A stretch of 64,000 nucleotides of DNA from Raillietiella orientalis (lineage: Eukaryota), in contig JAYWIR010000023.1 of the NCBI GenBank assembly GCA_036172245.1, forward strand, positions 682,001-746,000. The letters run 5' to 3'. The notes beneath the pieces are model-generated. The model was not told the origin of the DNA and ran no database searches. It saw only the letters and a program-made list of their open reading frames with translations. Positions 10,951-24,200 of this stretch are shown here, piece after piece (position 1 is the stretch's first letter; every line of letters begins with the position of its first letter). Made by a program: the position numbers and the translations under genes.

Positions 10951-13900
10951 CATCTTTCCATGTGATGGATGGCTCGGAATTCCCATGATTCTGATCACGA
11001 GAATGAGAGCCTCGTAGGTGAGCCTTGTCGGGTAGGAAACGAGCTCAGCCAGAGTAATGGCACCCCGAATTAACCATTGGATGAGCAGTCTGCGACCAAG
11101 AATTATCGGTGGCTGCCAGTGAGAGGCGAGGTGGTGCGCGCAGACCGATGCCACGCATCCAGGAATGAAACAGGCCATGAAACAGGGACCCCTGCGCTGG
11201 GTCGCGACTACAGGGAGACCGTAATTCTTCGCCGACGAATCGTAATTAAAAGGAAAGTAGTCTTGTGATTTCCTGGACGGATTGCAGACGTACTTATCCT
11301 CGAAAAAAATTATACACAAACTACGGAAGACAGCATTGCAAAGACAGCTGCTGGTACAGACACACGAGCTCGAAATCGCAGACCATGCATGTAGGGTTAG
11401 TTCTCTCAGATCGTGGTAGAGGACCAGCTTGCACTTTATAAAACTATTTCCAAGCTTTGTACATTCTTTCTTATAATGCAGAATTATTCTAGCATCTTGT
11501 AATTGCTGAATGTCTGTAAGCCATTAGGAATAAAAGCGGTATGCTATTAACACAGAGCTTTTTCGGAATCTCATTTTACTAGAGAAGAAAATATTGCTAT
11601 TGCATAAAAAAAGTGCCAAATAGAGTGTGTGAAAGCAAAATCCAAATCACAAGTATGCCAACTGATGTAATAGAATATAATGGAAAATCGTTCTTTGTGT
11701 TGTTAAGCGAGATGTTTATCCCTTCGACACTAGCGATATCTTAAAGCACTGGCGCTCTGGCAGAAAGCATAGCATTTATCAGCTTAATTGACAGAAGCAA
11801 AATCCTTGTTGGACACCACCATCAAAATCATTGCTTTCTTACTATTTGGATGTTCAATGGATGTTTTATGGGATGGTGTTCTGCAGGTGAATCAGTTCTG
11901 CTCACAAGAACAAAGCATGACTCAGAGAAATCAAGGAACAAAGACAAATCGAAGCGAAAGTTAAATCGGACCCTCGAGGAATGATCCTCATTTAAAGAAA
12001 GACTTCTCTCATTCTCACTTGAAAAGGATGATCGTATCTTAAGAGACAAGAGATATCGGAAAGATCAATCTTGCTTCTGGCTCCATTCTCACTCGCTGAT
12101 ACGATCATGAAACATAAGACGACAAGCATCCATCCGGAAAGGAAAAAGAGATGCTCTGTTTCGGACAAAAATTCTTCACCTCATACTCTTGAATTTTCTC
12201 AACCATCGACCAAAATTAGGCAGAAGCGATGGTTGTTTCTTGAGAGACGTTACCAGAGTATCAGTGGTGGTTTCTATAGCTGCGATCTACCGACTGTTGC
12301 TGCTATGGACAAAGGATTGCATAGCATTAGAAGGAGTCTGAATGAGTTTGGAAAAAGTTGAATGGAATAGGAAAAGAAATTCGTTCCTGAAGGAGGAGCA
12401 GACAGTTACATAGCGCAGATGGGTCTTAGGCTGGATTTTAATCTACACTAATCTCACCATTAGTGTAGATTAACGAGAAAAATCATCACTCTAAAGCAAG
12501 GAATAGTAAATATCTTCATTTGGAGATGAAAATGAAAAAAAAAAAAGTAATCGTAAAAAGTGCTCAAAGTGATGTGTAAAAAGTTATTGCGGTCACATCC
12601 ATAAGGAGGCATCCTTAGTTCTTAAAGCCGAGTTGACTTTGAATTGGATGACCTTTGAGACCAAGAAAACAAGGAAACAAACGGAAACCTAAGTTATCAA
12701 TCTATTTATATACATACATACATGTATTCCAGTATTACATAAAGTATGTTCATTAGTAACCAGATATATGATCATTCAAGTGATCGTTGAACTTTTGAGG
12801 TATCATGAATTTAAAACTGCGCGTATGAATGTTAACCAAAAATTCTCGTTTCAAAGTTCGAGTCTCTAATTCTGGTCTACAATCCATGAAATGCTAGAAC
12901 ATGTACCTGATCAGCTACTGAAGCAACTGTGACGAAAACACGAATGTCTGGATTTCCGGCGTCCAACAAGTACTTTATCAAGCACATGAGTTCCGGGATG
13001 CAGGGATGGTTGGACTTTTCTATCGTTGCACGATATGAGGAAGGAGTCAATGGAAGGAAACGAAAGCTCCCACGTCTTCGTGTCAACATCTCTCAGTATA
13101 CGTCATCGCGTCTCAGGTCAGAAACCCATAATAAATTCCATTCAGCAACAAATCTCGTTTTCCTGTGGAACCTCCTGAAGGTGTGATGCTTGGAAAATGC
13201 TTGTCTTTGAAATCAGACGTTTCGCGTCAGCTAGCAACGTGCATTGGAAGATCGGTGGAAGATTGGTATTTTTAGGTTACATCATTCTTCAAAATATGAA
13301 TATCCGGTTATTCGAGTACTGAATCATTAGTAAACAAATGTTCGTATCACCAATATTTCGTAGATATTTTTGAACACAGTTCGGAATACTATGCTCAGTA
13401 TAGATGACGATGAATCTTTGATGGATCTTACAAATGACCTGGATGAAAATGATTCATCCATGCTATAGTGTACAAAGGAGGAAGAGTCCACAGATCATTA
13501 TCAGACAACACCACTGGATTAACAAAAAGAAAGAAAATGTACATAATGACACAAGGAGTTAAGAACTACCCGGTTCAGTGCTGGGTGTTCAAAAGGAGTG
13601 TTCAGCTCAGTGTTCAAAAGGTGTTTTCGAAGATGGGGGAATAGAAAGATGCAATTAGACTGTTTCTTCGTTCCAACTAGAGCTCGTGATGCAATTCTTT
13701 TTGTTTTTCTATAGGTCTTTATTTGTGATTCCCCCAACAGCGTGAAGACAGTGAGATCGTGGAAAAGACGACAACCATCGATCGGTTGTATCCATGGCGC
13801 CTCTCATTCGGTAGATCAAATTTGTTCCGCTAATCTTTGTCGAAATTGCAAGTTTGAAAACTCGAAGATTACCAAAACAAACTCCCAAAATCCTAGAACC

Positions 13901-15879
13901 GGAACATTGAGGAACGTTCCTACAAAATGCTTCTGGATACGTTATTAGCATGGCTTTCACTCTATTCGATGATCGAAACCCACACGCAGGAGGGAAGGGA
14001 ACGCTAAGATTGAGATTGGAATTAGTGGTTTTCCACCACATTTTCCACTGGAGTATTCTAGAAATCCCGTCCCCATAAAAGACTGTTAAAAATATCCAAT
14101 TTATGCATGCCACATGAGTGACAGGTCATTCGTCTTAAGAGTCTTGAATTTAACAGCCCAAGCCGAGGAGAAGAACTCTACTAGGCTAGAATGAAAGAAA
14201 TTTTCAGGGATCTTGTGAATAAAATTACAACGACGTGCGTATTCTATTTCGCTGACATCGATTCCTGGCAGGACTGCTTATGAGGTGTTGAAAAGGAGCA
14301 GATGGGAACGATAGAATTGTTCGACTCGTTTCAGTTCTTTGACTCGCCTCGTGTTCTTCGTGGAAAGCAGAAGAATGGCAATTCTTCTGTTCGTTGGTGA
14401 TTGAAGGTCGCTCAGAAGAACTTCAGTCTAATTGAGCTAGGAAATTTTCTAGTTGAATCAACACATAAAAGCGGCGTTGGCCACACCCTGCTCTCAGTTG
14501 TTCAAAAATTACGAACATTCTTTTCCGCCAAAATCAAGAAACATTTTTTTTTTTTCTTTAGCGAAAAAGGAGCTCTTTCCCCATATTTTATAATATAGGC
14601 GCCTAAAAATGAATTTGAAAAAAAGTGCACGCGTGAAGGATTTTTCCTGATATTCTCAAGATGCCAAAAGGTTTGCCTGGAAGACATTTCAATCCTATAG
14701 GACAAGTTATTTTCTTTCTGTTGTAGATTTTAGTTCGAGGTTTTCATACTTCCCTGCCATTAAGGCTCTCTGATTGCCATCCTGTCTTCTCGCATGCAAT
14801 CAAAGCTTCGTTTGTTCTTCTCCTGAGAATCAAGTGAGTTTCTGGATAGCGCTCGGGCTGTTTCGTAGCACCATCATCATCATCATTATTGCGATCCTGA
14901 AAAAGCAGGTCAAAAACGAATCAGTCCTCAAGTCACGAGTAAAGCAAAGGCGGCCTCGCTCACAACGACAAAAACCTTGCTAATGCTCCACGGTTCTCTG
15001 TGTGTCCCTTTCATTTGCTTAACGAAATCAGAGCTAAGTGCTGTGAAACTCTAGCCGTTCCTGAAGGGAACGTGACAGGAACAACGTCGCAGCACTGAAG
15101 AATGATACAAATCGTCATTTTCATGAAGTCAGTTTTTGCAGAGACCAAGGTTCGAGAAATGAAGATGAATGCAGAGACAGATGCAGTGAAACATGCTGAT
15201 GACGAGTCAGCTGGTGAGTTTACACGGGACGGGTTTTGGAAGAGTTGCCGTCCACTTTTCCTTTTTAGGACCGTATGCTGATCCTTTAGAAGGTCAACGG
15301 CCTTAGTTCATCTCAACTGTAAAGTGACTGTTTCCTATACAGAAAAAGATAACAGACCACGCGGAGCAAGCATCTTTTTGTCATTATTTCATTCAAACCT
15401 TCAGTGCTGTGCAATTGATGCGATAACCAAGAAACCGTCTACCTTTTGCATGTTTTCACTGATTTGTTTTCTTGAAGCACCACGTGAAGTCGGACAGGTC
15501 AAAAACCTCAGATAAACTGCCCGTTGACGGAAAAGGGCATGCGCCCAAGTCTTCCTACCAATGGAACTGTTATAAGTAATCTTCGGCATCTGTTTTGAGT
15601 AAGAAGATTGTTTTTAAAATTACGATCCCTTAAGAATCCTCACATCTGTCAACATAAAAATGAGAAGTTGTCATTTACTTCATTTCTTAGCCAGAAAATT
15701 CCACATGTATTCGCGTATTCACGTCAGAATACATCTGAACTGAATTCAAGTTAGCTTTCTGTTTTTGCTATAAACTCAGAAACCTCCCACAAGTCTGAGT
15801 TTCTCTGCTCAGTCTCCAGAGATGCTGTTCTTGTTGGAACCGGAGATTACTGAGACGGCAGTGGCACACTGCTCCGGAA

Positions 15880-16030
15880 ACCTACTACTACATCTAAAAA
15901 GTACAAAGAATGAGATTCGGACGTGGAATGTTTCTGAAACCCTGGACACATGAATACAATCCTCAGGAATGGAAATGCAAAGTCGAAGACTTGCAGTCAA
16001 TACTGTGGGTTGCATTTAGTCAGACTTCAA
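15880..16030 (+). mobile_element. Short LINE endonuclease fragment (RTE/CR1-type)
   Basis: KSTKNEIRTWNVSETL resembles the IGTWNVRTL endonuclease start; SILWVAFSQT resembles DILGLSET. Confidence 0.35.
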
Positions 16031-17459
16031 AAGTGACGCATGTCAAACCCCCGGATGCAAAAAGAAAAGTTGCTCACCATCTGCAGAGGCAAACGAACTT
16101 ACGAGATAACCCTTCTTCAGTCATCTTGAAATTCCGATCATGACTTTCCTATGGACTTTTTTTCCCAGTTGTCTTGAGAGTCAAAGGAGAGGCCTTTCTC
16201 GCTTAGAGGCTGTATTGTCCATCCGGCAGAACAGTTCGATTCTAAAGAAGACTGCCTAGCTGACTGCCTTTGACAGAAAGTACCCTCCTTTTAGAGGAAC
16301 ACGAGGATTGAGACTTGAGGGGAAGAAGTGAACTCCAAGGTTAATTCCTCCCTTTTAGCGCGGGATCTGTTTCTCATATTTGTACAGGGTTAATTCTTTC
16401 CCAGGCGCACGGAAAAGTCAAGGTGATTGGAAAAGCTAGTGCCATTGAGCCCCAGAGATGACCAACTTTCCTTTTCGATGCGGGTTTGCCGGCTTAACAG
16501 CTTTAGTCACACTGTTAGTTAACAGTCTGAAAGTGTTCCAAGTTTCCACTGCTAGAAGGGTCTCATCTACATGACAGAGCAAGCATTTGAGCATCGGCTC
16601 AAGCAGTGGACCACCACTATACATACGGACAGAACTCGTTTCAACCTCTCTCTATTATGCCTCTGAGGGAAACTGCTCCGGCGTGTCAGAGAACTCCACT
16701 CCTTATTTTTCAATTGAGTTTTCTCATAGATCTTGCGCAGCAACGGTGGGCAAGCAACTCGTCAGTAACGCACGCAAAAAACGTTTAGTGTGCTGGCTCG
16801 TGAACAGCATTGCAGGCAGTTAATTTTTTGAGCGATTTGTCTTGAGCAAAGCTCAGGCATGGAAAAATGCATACGAATGAGCAGTGCGCTCATCTGATCG
16901 AGTGCAGCGGTAAGCGGAGCAGCAAAACGCAATCATCACGCGCCTAGGAAAATTCCTATGCAAATCCATAAATAATCCATAAATGGAGGATTGAGGCTTC
17001 GGTTTCGTTTCTGGGACTGCCTTATCCGGTGCCATCTTTCTTGTGTTTGTGAAAGTGCATTATCCGTGGGCAGATGCTCATGTCCAGCTTTTCCGCTTCC
17101 CAACTGTTCCAGGATTCCTTGATTCTCTGCGGGAGCAGAAAAGCGAACAACTGAGACAATCGAGAGACGCACCACTGCAAAGAGAAGTTTCTCGATCGCA
17201 GCGACTGATCCTGAACATGGGATGCGTGGTAACGGTGACATGGGATGTGATCTCGTTGAAAATATCTCCTGCTCTGCCTACGTGTTTGTGAATTTTCCGT
17301 TCTAAAATGCTATTCTAGAGAGACAAACCAATCTTTGTACAAGAAGTGAACATGTGCTTCGGAGGGTGATTGTATGGATCCGATGAAAGATGCTCCCTCG
17401 GAGCACAACGTCCGTTCTTTTCCCCGAATCGAACTGGCTGCTTACGGTTTAATCAGATC

Positions 17460-17465
17460 TTTATT
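17460..17465 (-). terminator. Candidate AATAAA polyadenylation signal of NCS-1 gene A
   Basis: tttatt on + equals AATAAA on the minus strand, ~280 nt past the stop codon. Longer 3'UTRs are possible. Confidence 0.4.
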
Positions 17466-17744
17466 TCTTTTCAGAATAAAGATACAAGTGGATGAATTCG
17501 AAATCACATTGAACGAGAGCAGGTGAGAAGAGGATTTTCTATTTATATAGGGTAGAAAAATGAGAACATGAAGAGAACTCCAGAAGTTCTGGAACGCTAA
17601 ACAGTTACTCAGAACGTAGAACAATTTTTGGCAGTTTGGATATTCATCATTCCAATAAAATGAGCTCTCAAAAAAAAAAAAAAAAAAAAAAAATGAATCG
17701 TAGCTTGCTTGAAGGAAAAAGAAGATAGAAGAATGTATCGGTCT

Positions 17745-17915
17745 TTATATCTCTGCTCCGAAGGACAGAGCTTGGACAATTCTTGGATCAGCCTTACTGC
17801 CCTCTTTGAATTCCTCCATGGTGAGTCTATCGTCGTGGTTCTTGTCCATCTGATCGAAAATTTTATCGACTCTTTTTTGAGGAGTGTTTTCATCTTCTGT
17901 ACTGCTCTGCTGGCC
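17745..17915 (-). CDS. NCS1: NCS-1/frequenin gene A exon 7 ([56 protein letters not shown]), EF-hand 4
   Basis: Acceptor aaatttgcAG at 17916-17917 and TAA at 17745-17747; 171 nt, phase 0. Confidence 0.97.
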   Translation of the reverse strand, partial: GQQSSTEDENTPQKRVDKIFDQMDKNHDDRLTMEEFKEGSKADPRIVQALSFGAEI

Positions 17916-20900
17916 CTGCAAATTTCAAAGACGATTTAGGAAATTCACAAAAGCAGGGCGAAATGGATCATTTTTTTTTTTCTGCTCCTCGCGAATTGCT
18001 CGAGGCTTGGAAACGACCGATTGAGTCTCTGATTGGATGCTTTTAGTCAGATTACTCCACTTCGCTACATTTAATCAGAGTTCCCTTTGAGTAATTAGCG
18101 CATTCCCGAGTCCATGCTTTGAAAACTTGTCGAGCCGTATCGGAAATAGGAAAAAAACGATGATAAACAAACCATCACACTGTTAGTAATAATGAATGCT
18201 CGGCTAAAATATGAAGGCCAAACACCGTTTTAGTACACATGCAAAGAATGCAACAGTGACGTAATCGTGTTTTGCATTCTCGACCTGACTATGTTTGCGA
18301 TTATCGACTGACCACGCGTTCTAACGGCAAGGCTGAAGGTAAATCTCCGAGTGAAGAAAAGTGATGAAGAACGCTCGCACCGGTAGGCAACCAATGTGAT
18401 TTCAAAGTTAGCAGCTTCTGCGGGATGTTGATAGGGAGCTCCATGCATCATCTGCAGCTCCTGCATTTACGACACCGTCACTTCAGATTCATAACAAGAA
18501 TTCAACAAGTCCTTTTCACGGCAACGCGCTCTGAGGGCTGAGGAGAAGCAAACAAACAAACAAAAGCTCTAAAGTTCTGCCTGAGACACGTTGGGAGCAC
18601 CAAGTTCTCGTGTCGATGTGTATCTATTGATGCTGGGTAAAGTGTATTTTCCGCGCTCCTGCCCTTCCGAGAGACTGCTGAATGTCGGAAATCGATTTCT
18701 GCAGTTCGTGAATACCGTGGATCTAAAAAATTTCGGGCTATGACAATATTTTTCATGAATAGGAAGGAATAATGCCCTTATTCTTTTATTTCCCCTTTCA
18801 ACAGAGGAAGAATGAGACTGCTCATATCTTCCCCGTCGAGAGAAGACTGCCATTTCTAGTTACCGCGGCCTTAGCTTGTTATATAAGGCCATAAATCAGT
18901 GAGCCCATCGTCTTTCTTAATTGCATTCCAGTCCTGTTTACCGACACCCGGAAGCTGCTCCCGTTTGAGTTCGACTCCACGGCCCTTTGAAACCGCTTCA
19001 ATTCCTGTTTTCATTTTGTGCAATTTTGCAGGGGAAAACTTCACAGCATCCGATTTGAAATGCTGCCGTTCTTGATGAGTCGTGCATACTTCTCTGCAAA
19101 ATACTTCCTTGGTCAGCCAAACAAAAAATGGCACTCTTCTCGTATTCCACAGTTGCCCTATCCGCATCTTGACCTCTCAGCTCTCTTCCACGTGTCCAGC
19201 TTTGAACCACCTAAATATCCTCGAACGCATAGTTTGATTTTCACTTTGAAGTTCACGAAGTTAATGACGGATCGAGTCAGTAACTGATTCCTGCAGGTCT
19301 GCCTTTGTTTCTTTCTTGAGCTTTGCCTGCTTCAGCATTGGTTCATCTCTGTTGCGTTCCCTCCTGGAGATTTTCAACAGAGGTCATCACGCGGCCCTCT
19401 AGTTCGATGGCTAACCGTGTCGAAGACACTTCGCCTCGACGCCGAGTTCGACGTTTCGGACGTTTTCTTTCGAAACTCAGGCGGTGGCTGCCCGCTGAAA
19501 GACCTCCGATCCACAGTCCTTTTTATGATCACGAGCCGGTCATTTCTGAGATGGTTTGAAGTGAGAATCAGAAATCGTTTCGTGAGAACACGTGAGTTTC
19601 GTCTTCACGAATCCTCCAGGCTCAAAGCTGCGCAGCATCACAGTAAGGATGTTTCTCCCTCCGAAAGCCTGCGATTCCCATAGGCGGTCCGGTTCTCTTA
19701 CAGTGAGAAATGGTAGTTCTTGTACGATATCCAGTAGCTCCAGTGCTGAGAGAAATCATGCCCTAGGTGCGGTTTCGGAGAGGAAAGTTGCTTTCACGAT
19801 GGTGATTTGGGCTGTTTTGCATCTTTTCATAAGACGGTGCCATCTCCGTGGTATTCAGCCGAGCACGGCATGTGCAAAGGGGCGTCCCTCATAAAGACTG
19901 CCCTTTAAATCTCGCCCCCGCACCTCGTTGCGTTAATAAAACGACAGCGCCGTTTTGTGACAGAGCCGCTGTAAGGACTGATCCGGTTGCTCTTGTACGA
20001 ATCTACGTGCTTTGCTTGAATCTACTTATTTCCTGTTTTTTTTTCTGCTTCCTTTTCTTCTGAATCCTAAAGAGAAATATCCTTTGCTACATTAGCAACA
20101 CGTGTGCCATCGCGACCTCCTTCCAAGAGTGAGCAGCTGACTCTGGAATCGGCATTTTAGCAAAGCTTATAAAATCCACACTGCTGTGTCTTTTTCTCCG
20201 GCTTCTTGCGTCGCTCTTATTGCTTCAGGGTGTTCTGCTCGATCGAGAACGGTACGAGGAGGAGGAGCTGAAATGTTCCTCTCCAAGATAATTAGGCGTC
20301 ACGAAGTGTTGAAAAGTACGTTCCACTCCCACGTCTTATGGGATTCCGCATCAAGCGACCGCGAGCTATTCCGGTCGGCCATTCCTTTCGGATGCTGCTT
20401 GCATGCGTTCTCCAAATTGAGACGAGGACATTACGTTAGAAGTTAAGAGCTGGTCATCGTCGCATCCTTGCTCTTAAGGATGACTCAAGATGTTTTCAGG
20501 GTACACTGCCTGTTCCAGGGTAGCATCTTCAGGAGAGAAGAGAAAATGCCCCATCGTGACTTCATTAGGGGATCAGCATTCTGACCAGCTATTGCGGGAG
20601 TTCGAGCCGCTTCTCCAGCTGCGAACCCGTCTGAACAGTCTTCTTCTTCCCTGTCCTTCGTTTAGATCCCGAATATCACTCGTGCCCTCCGGCTTTTGCC
20701 AGGATGGGGCGGCGGCATCCGCTAATTTTCCTCGCTCCTCAGCTCCGCACGGGGCGAAAGGGAAAAGCCGGCCTGGGTGATCCAGGCGTTCGACACGTCG
20801 GGAGCCGACGGAGCCTCACCGGGACGCGCGCCGCAGGAGCAGGCGTGGTGGGGAAGGGGGCATCGACGAAAAATCCGCGGTGGCACGGGATTTCCTGGCC

Positions 20901-21299
20901 AGCGCGTGCGCTGGGACGGACGATCGCGAACCCAAGCTGCCTGCCTGCCAAGGTCAACGATGCTTCGTGGTGGTCAACATGGACAAACGAGCAGGAGGAA
21001 TTTGTTTGAAAAATCAGTAATAGGAGAGGGTGATTTTCGCCCCGTTTAGAAAATGAGTTGTTTTTGAAAATTTTGGGTTTGCAAAAAAAAATGAAAAATA
21101 ATAAAAAAACGGAAGAAGGCGGCCGAAGAAGTAATTTTTTTTTTTGTTGTCATTTTTCTAATCGTCCGCGGGATGCGTGCAGCGATCATCGCGCCGATGT
21201 GGTAATGGGTCCGTACAGATTCCGTTCAAGAACTGATCTGTACGCGGAGCCGGAAGTTCCCGTTCGCACGGGATGCACGCCCGTTCGTCGGCGGGTAGC

Positions 21300-24200
21300 A
21301 GCGAGTGGCAGCGCGGACGGCTAAGAACTCCAACTGGAAGCTATCGGGACATCGACTTACTAAGGAGAAAAAGAGTGGGAGGGGAATCGAGCGGATGAAG
21401 GGGACACCCGGATGCTGCCAGCATCTTGGCAACGAGTTCGAAAGGCTGTCCATCGCCCAGGGCAAGCAAATGACCCAACCACGCGCAGAGGTTTCCCTGT
21501 CGTTTGGTGGTTTGTGGGGTAAGAAGGAAAATTTGTAGGGGACTCGATGGGAACTGGCGCACACAGGAAACCCTTCGCCCACTCATCCGTTTCTTCCTTC
21601 TGTGCCTCGGGGCGAAAACCGCTTCGCGCTCCATGGACTTGCTGATCGATGGGTCGCCTCATTTCGGTCCTTTGAGCTCTTCTGAGAGAACGATCGCTTG
21701 ATTCTGCAGATGCCCTGTCCCACTCGAGCAATCCCCCCCTGAATGACGGAGGTACTCAGCTATTCGCATCGTCTGGATGCCTTTCCTCTGGGCACCCCAC
21801 TTTCGGTCAATACGAGCCCAAGCGTGAGATGCTGAGTAAAGATCCACTGACAGCTTATCAAACATCTTGACTTGCTATTAGGATGATCCTGATGGATGTA
21901 ACCTGATAAAGCAGCAGTCCGAGGCTGCTCCAGTTTGCTCCTTTCTGAACCCAAAGGAGAATCAGAACTGACAGAGCGGGATGGCGCGAGGACTTGCCCC
22001 GTGGCCAGCGACGTCGCTTGGTGTTCCTGCTGACTATTTTCCATGAGCGGTGCCTCGGGGGAGCCCAGCCCCTCTCCGACTTTTCTTGGAAGCAGGTGGC
22101 TGGAGGTGAGTGGTTGGGAAACGGTGATCAGAGAAAAGAGCGGAGTTTCCGCCTGCGTACGCGACGCCACCTCCTGCAACCGCAATATATACGCAGCCCC
22201 ACGTTGTGATCATTCCGGGTGAGGCCAGAGTTGCTCGAGAAGTGTCTCCCCCATCCGCTCGGGGACTCTCCGGCAGCTCATCCTTCTTCGTCCCTTCCCG
22301 CTTGCGGGGAGCCGATGCCTCGAGGAGTCCTTCCTCGTTAGTACCGGTCTCTTTCCAGAGTTCCAAGGCCCAGGAATCAGCGCGGGCTGCAGCAATCGCA
22401 GGAGGATTCCGTGCCGGTTTCGAAGGCCGCTCTCTCCCTGGCTTGAGATCTGAGCCGAGAGAGCAAGAGCCATCGGGATCCCCCGGGGACTTCTGCGGCT
22501 GCACGCATGCAAGACTGGATGCCGCGCAAATCTTTGCGCCCAAGGCACCTACCGACCACCGACAGCTTGTGAACGATCAGCTCCCTTGAGAAGAGAAGCA
22601 GCTGCTCCCGATGTTCCTCCAGCGTTCTAGGAATCCCAGTAGGGGGCCCGAGAAAACGTAGGTTCGTGATAAAACTCCGGATGCGGGATGGAGCCGAGAG
22701 TCCAGCGACTTGCAGATCCCTGAAGGCGGATGCCTTGGATGGAACGGTCGGCAAGGCGAGCAGCAAAGAGATCTCGTCCCTCGTCCCGCTGCTCGCAGGA
22801 TCCACTTCAGCAGCCTTGCTGGCACCAGTAGGGAGAAAAAAGGGGGAGAGAAGGATGGAAGGGAAACTCAGACGCATGCTGCATCAGGGAAACGGCAATG
22901 GCTCTTGCTGTCGTCTCCGCTCGGGGAACCATTCTCTGATGGCCGTCCTTGGCGAGCTGCTGCTCCGATGGCGTCGTCGTATCGGGAGGTGGATTCCGGT
23001 GGATTTTTCGTCCGCTATTTCTTCCGACGTTTTCGCTTTGACTCGGAGAGACGGTGCGGATGAAAGGGCATCAGATCCCTTTTAAGGTCTCCTCAACCTA
23101 AGGCACTGGGAGAGTGCTCTCGAGCGGGATGAAGGGGGGGGGGGGGGGGAGGAAAGAAAATGTGGTTGGCTCAAAGCGCGTCACAGGGACATGATCCCAG
23201 GCCTCACTCGTGGGCTCCTCGCCTCGCTCCCGTCATCGGGAGATGCTCTTCTGCGGAAAGTGTACGGGAACGCACGAGCGTGGGAACGGTTCCATATAGG
23301 AGTCCAAAGTACGGGGAAGAAAATACGCGACAGCAGAGATCTCCCGGCTTGGGAAAAGGGCTGCTTGGGAAAGCTCAGGGAGGAACTCTCTGCAGGGACA
23401 TCAGGGTCAAGTCCGGCTTTCCTTTCCTCTTTTCATTTCATGATCGCCCACGCTAGGCCTGGTTCTAGGAGCAGAGATTCAAGGCTGGGGTCTAAGAGAA
23501 AGATCCATAGGGAGGAGGACTCCCGGCATCCATTTGTTATTAGGCTGCATGAGATTCAGGATCAGGAGCCAAAGATTTGGGATGATGGGTTGTTTTCAGG
23601 GTTGGAAGTCTCTGATGATTCCGGAGGAGACGGACTCCTTTATCTGAAAGACGACACGCTTCGATGCTGAAGGGGGTTGCTGTGATGAAAGAAGAGGATC
23701 GATTCCTTCCGCCTCTCATTCGTTTGGCTTTTCCGGAAACGAAGATCAACGGAGGAGGCGTAAAACCAGTCGGGTTCGTGCGCGATCTTCATTTTCGGAG
23801 GGTACGACCGAAAAACTACTCTCCTCTCTTCCTCTTTGTTATTCCAGGTCAGGTGATGACGAAAGGCATCGCCACAGCGCTGTCGGATCTCATCTCTCAG
23901 CTTCCGGGCCGAAGGGTTCCCGAGTCCCTCCTCAGTCGGATGCTTCGTTTGATTTCCGGGCGTCCCTCAGCCTCGTACCGAAATGATCGTAACGCCACGC
24001 TCGTGGGAACCCTGCCTCCCGCTGTGGCCTGCTCGGCGGCTTTTACAAACTTCCGTCTCCTCATTGCCTCCTACGTCGTCTGGTTAACACCATCTTCCAA
24101 AGCACCTGACACGGGTTCTTCTTAAGTCTTTGAACTTCCTCCGAGCTGCAGGAGAATGGACTCCATACAAACTTGACCTACAGAATCCTCAAGGAGCGCG

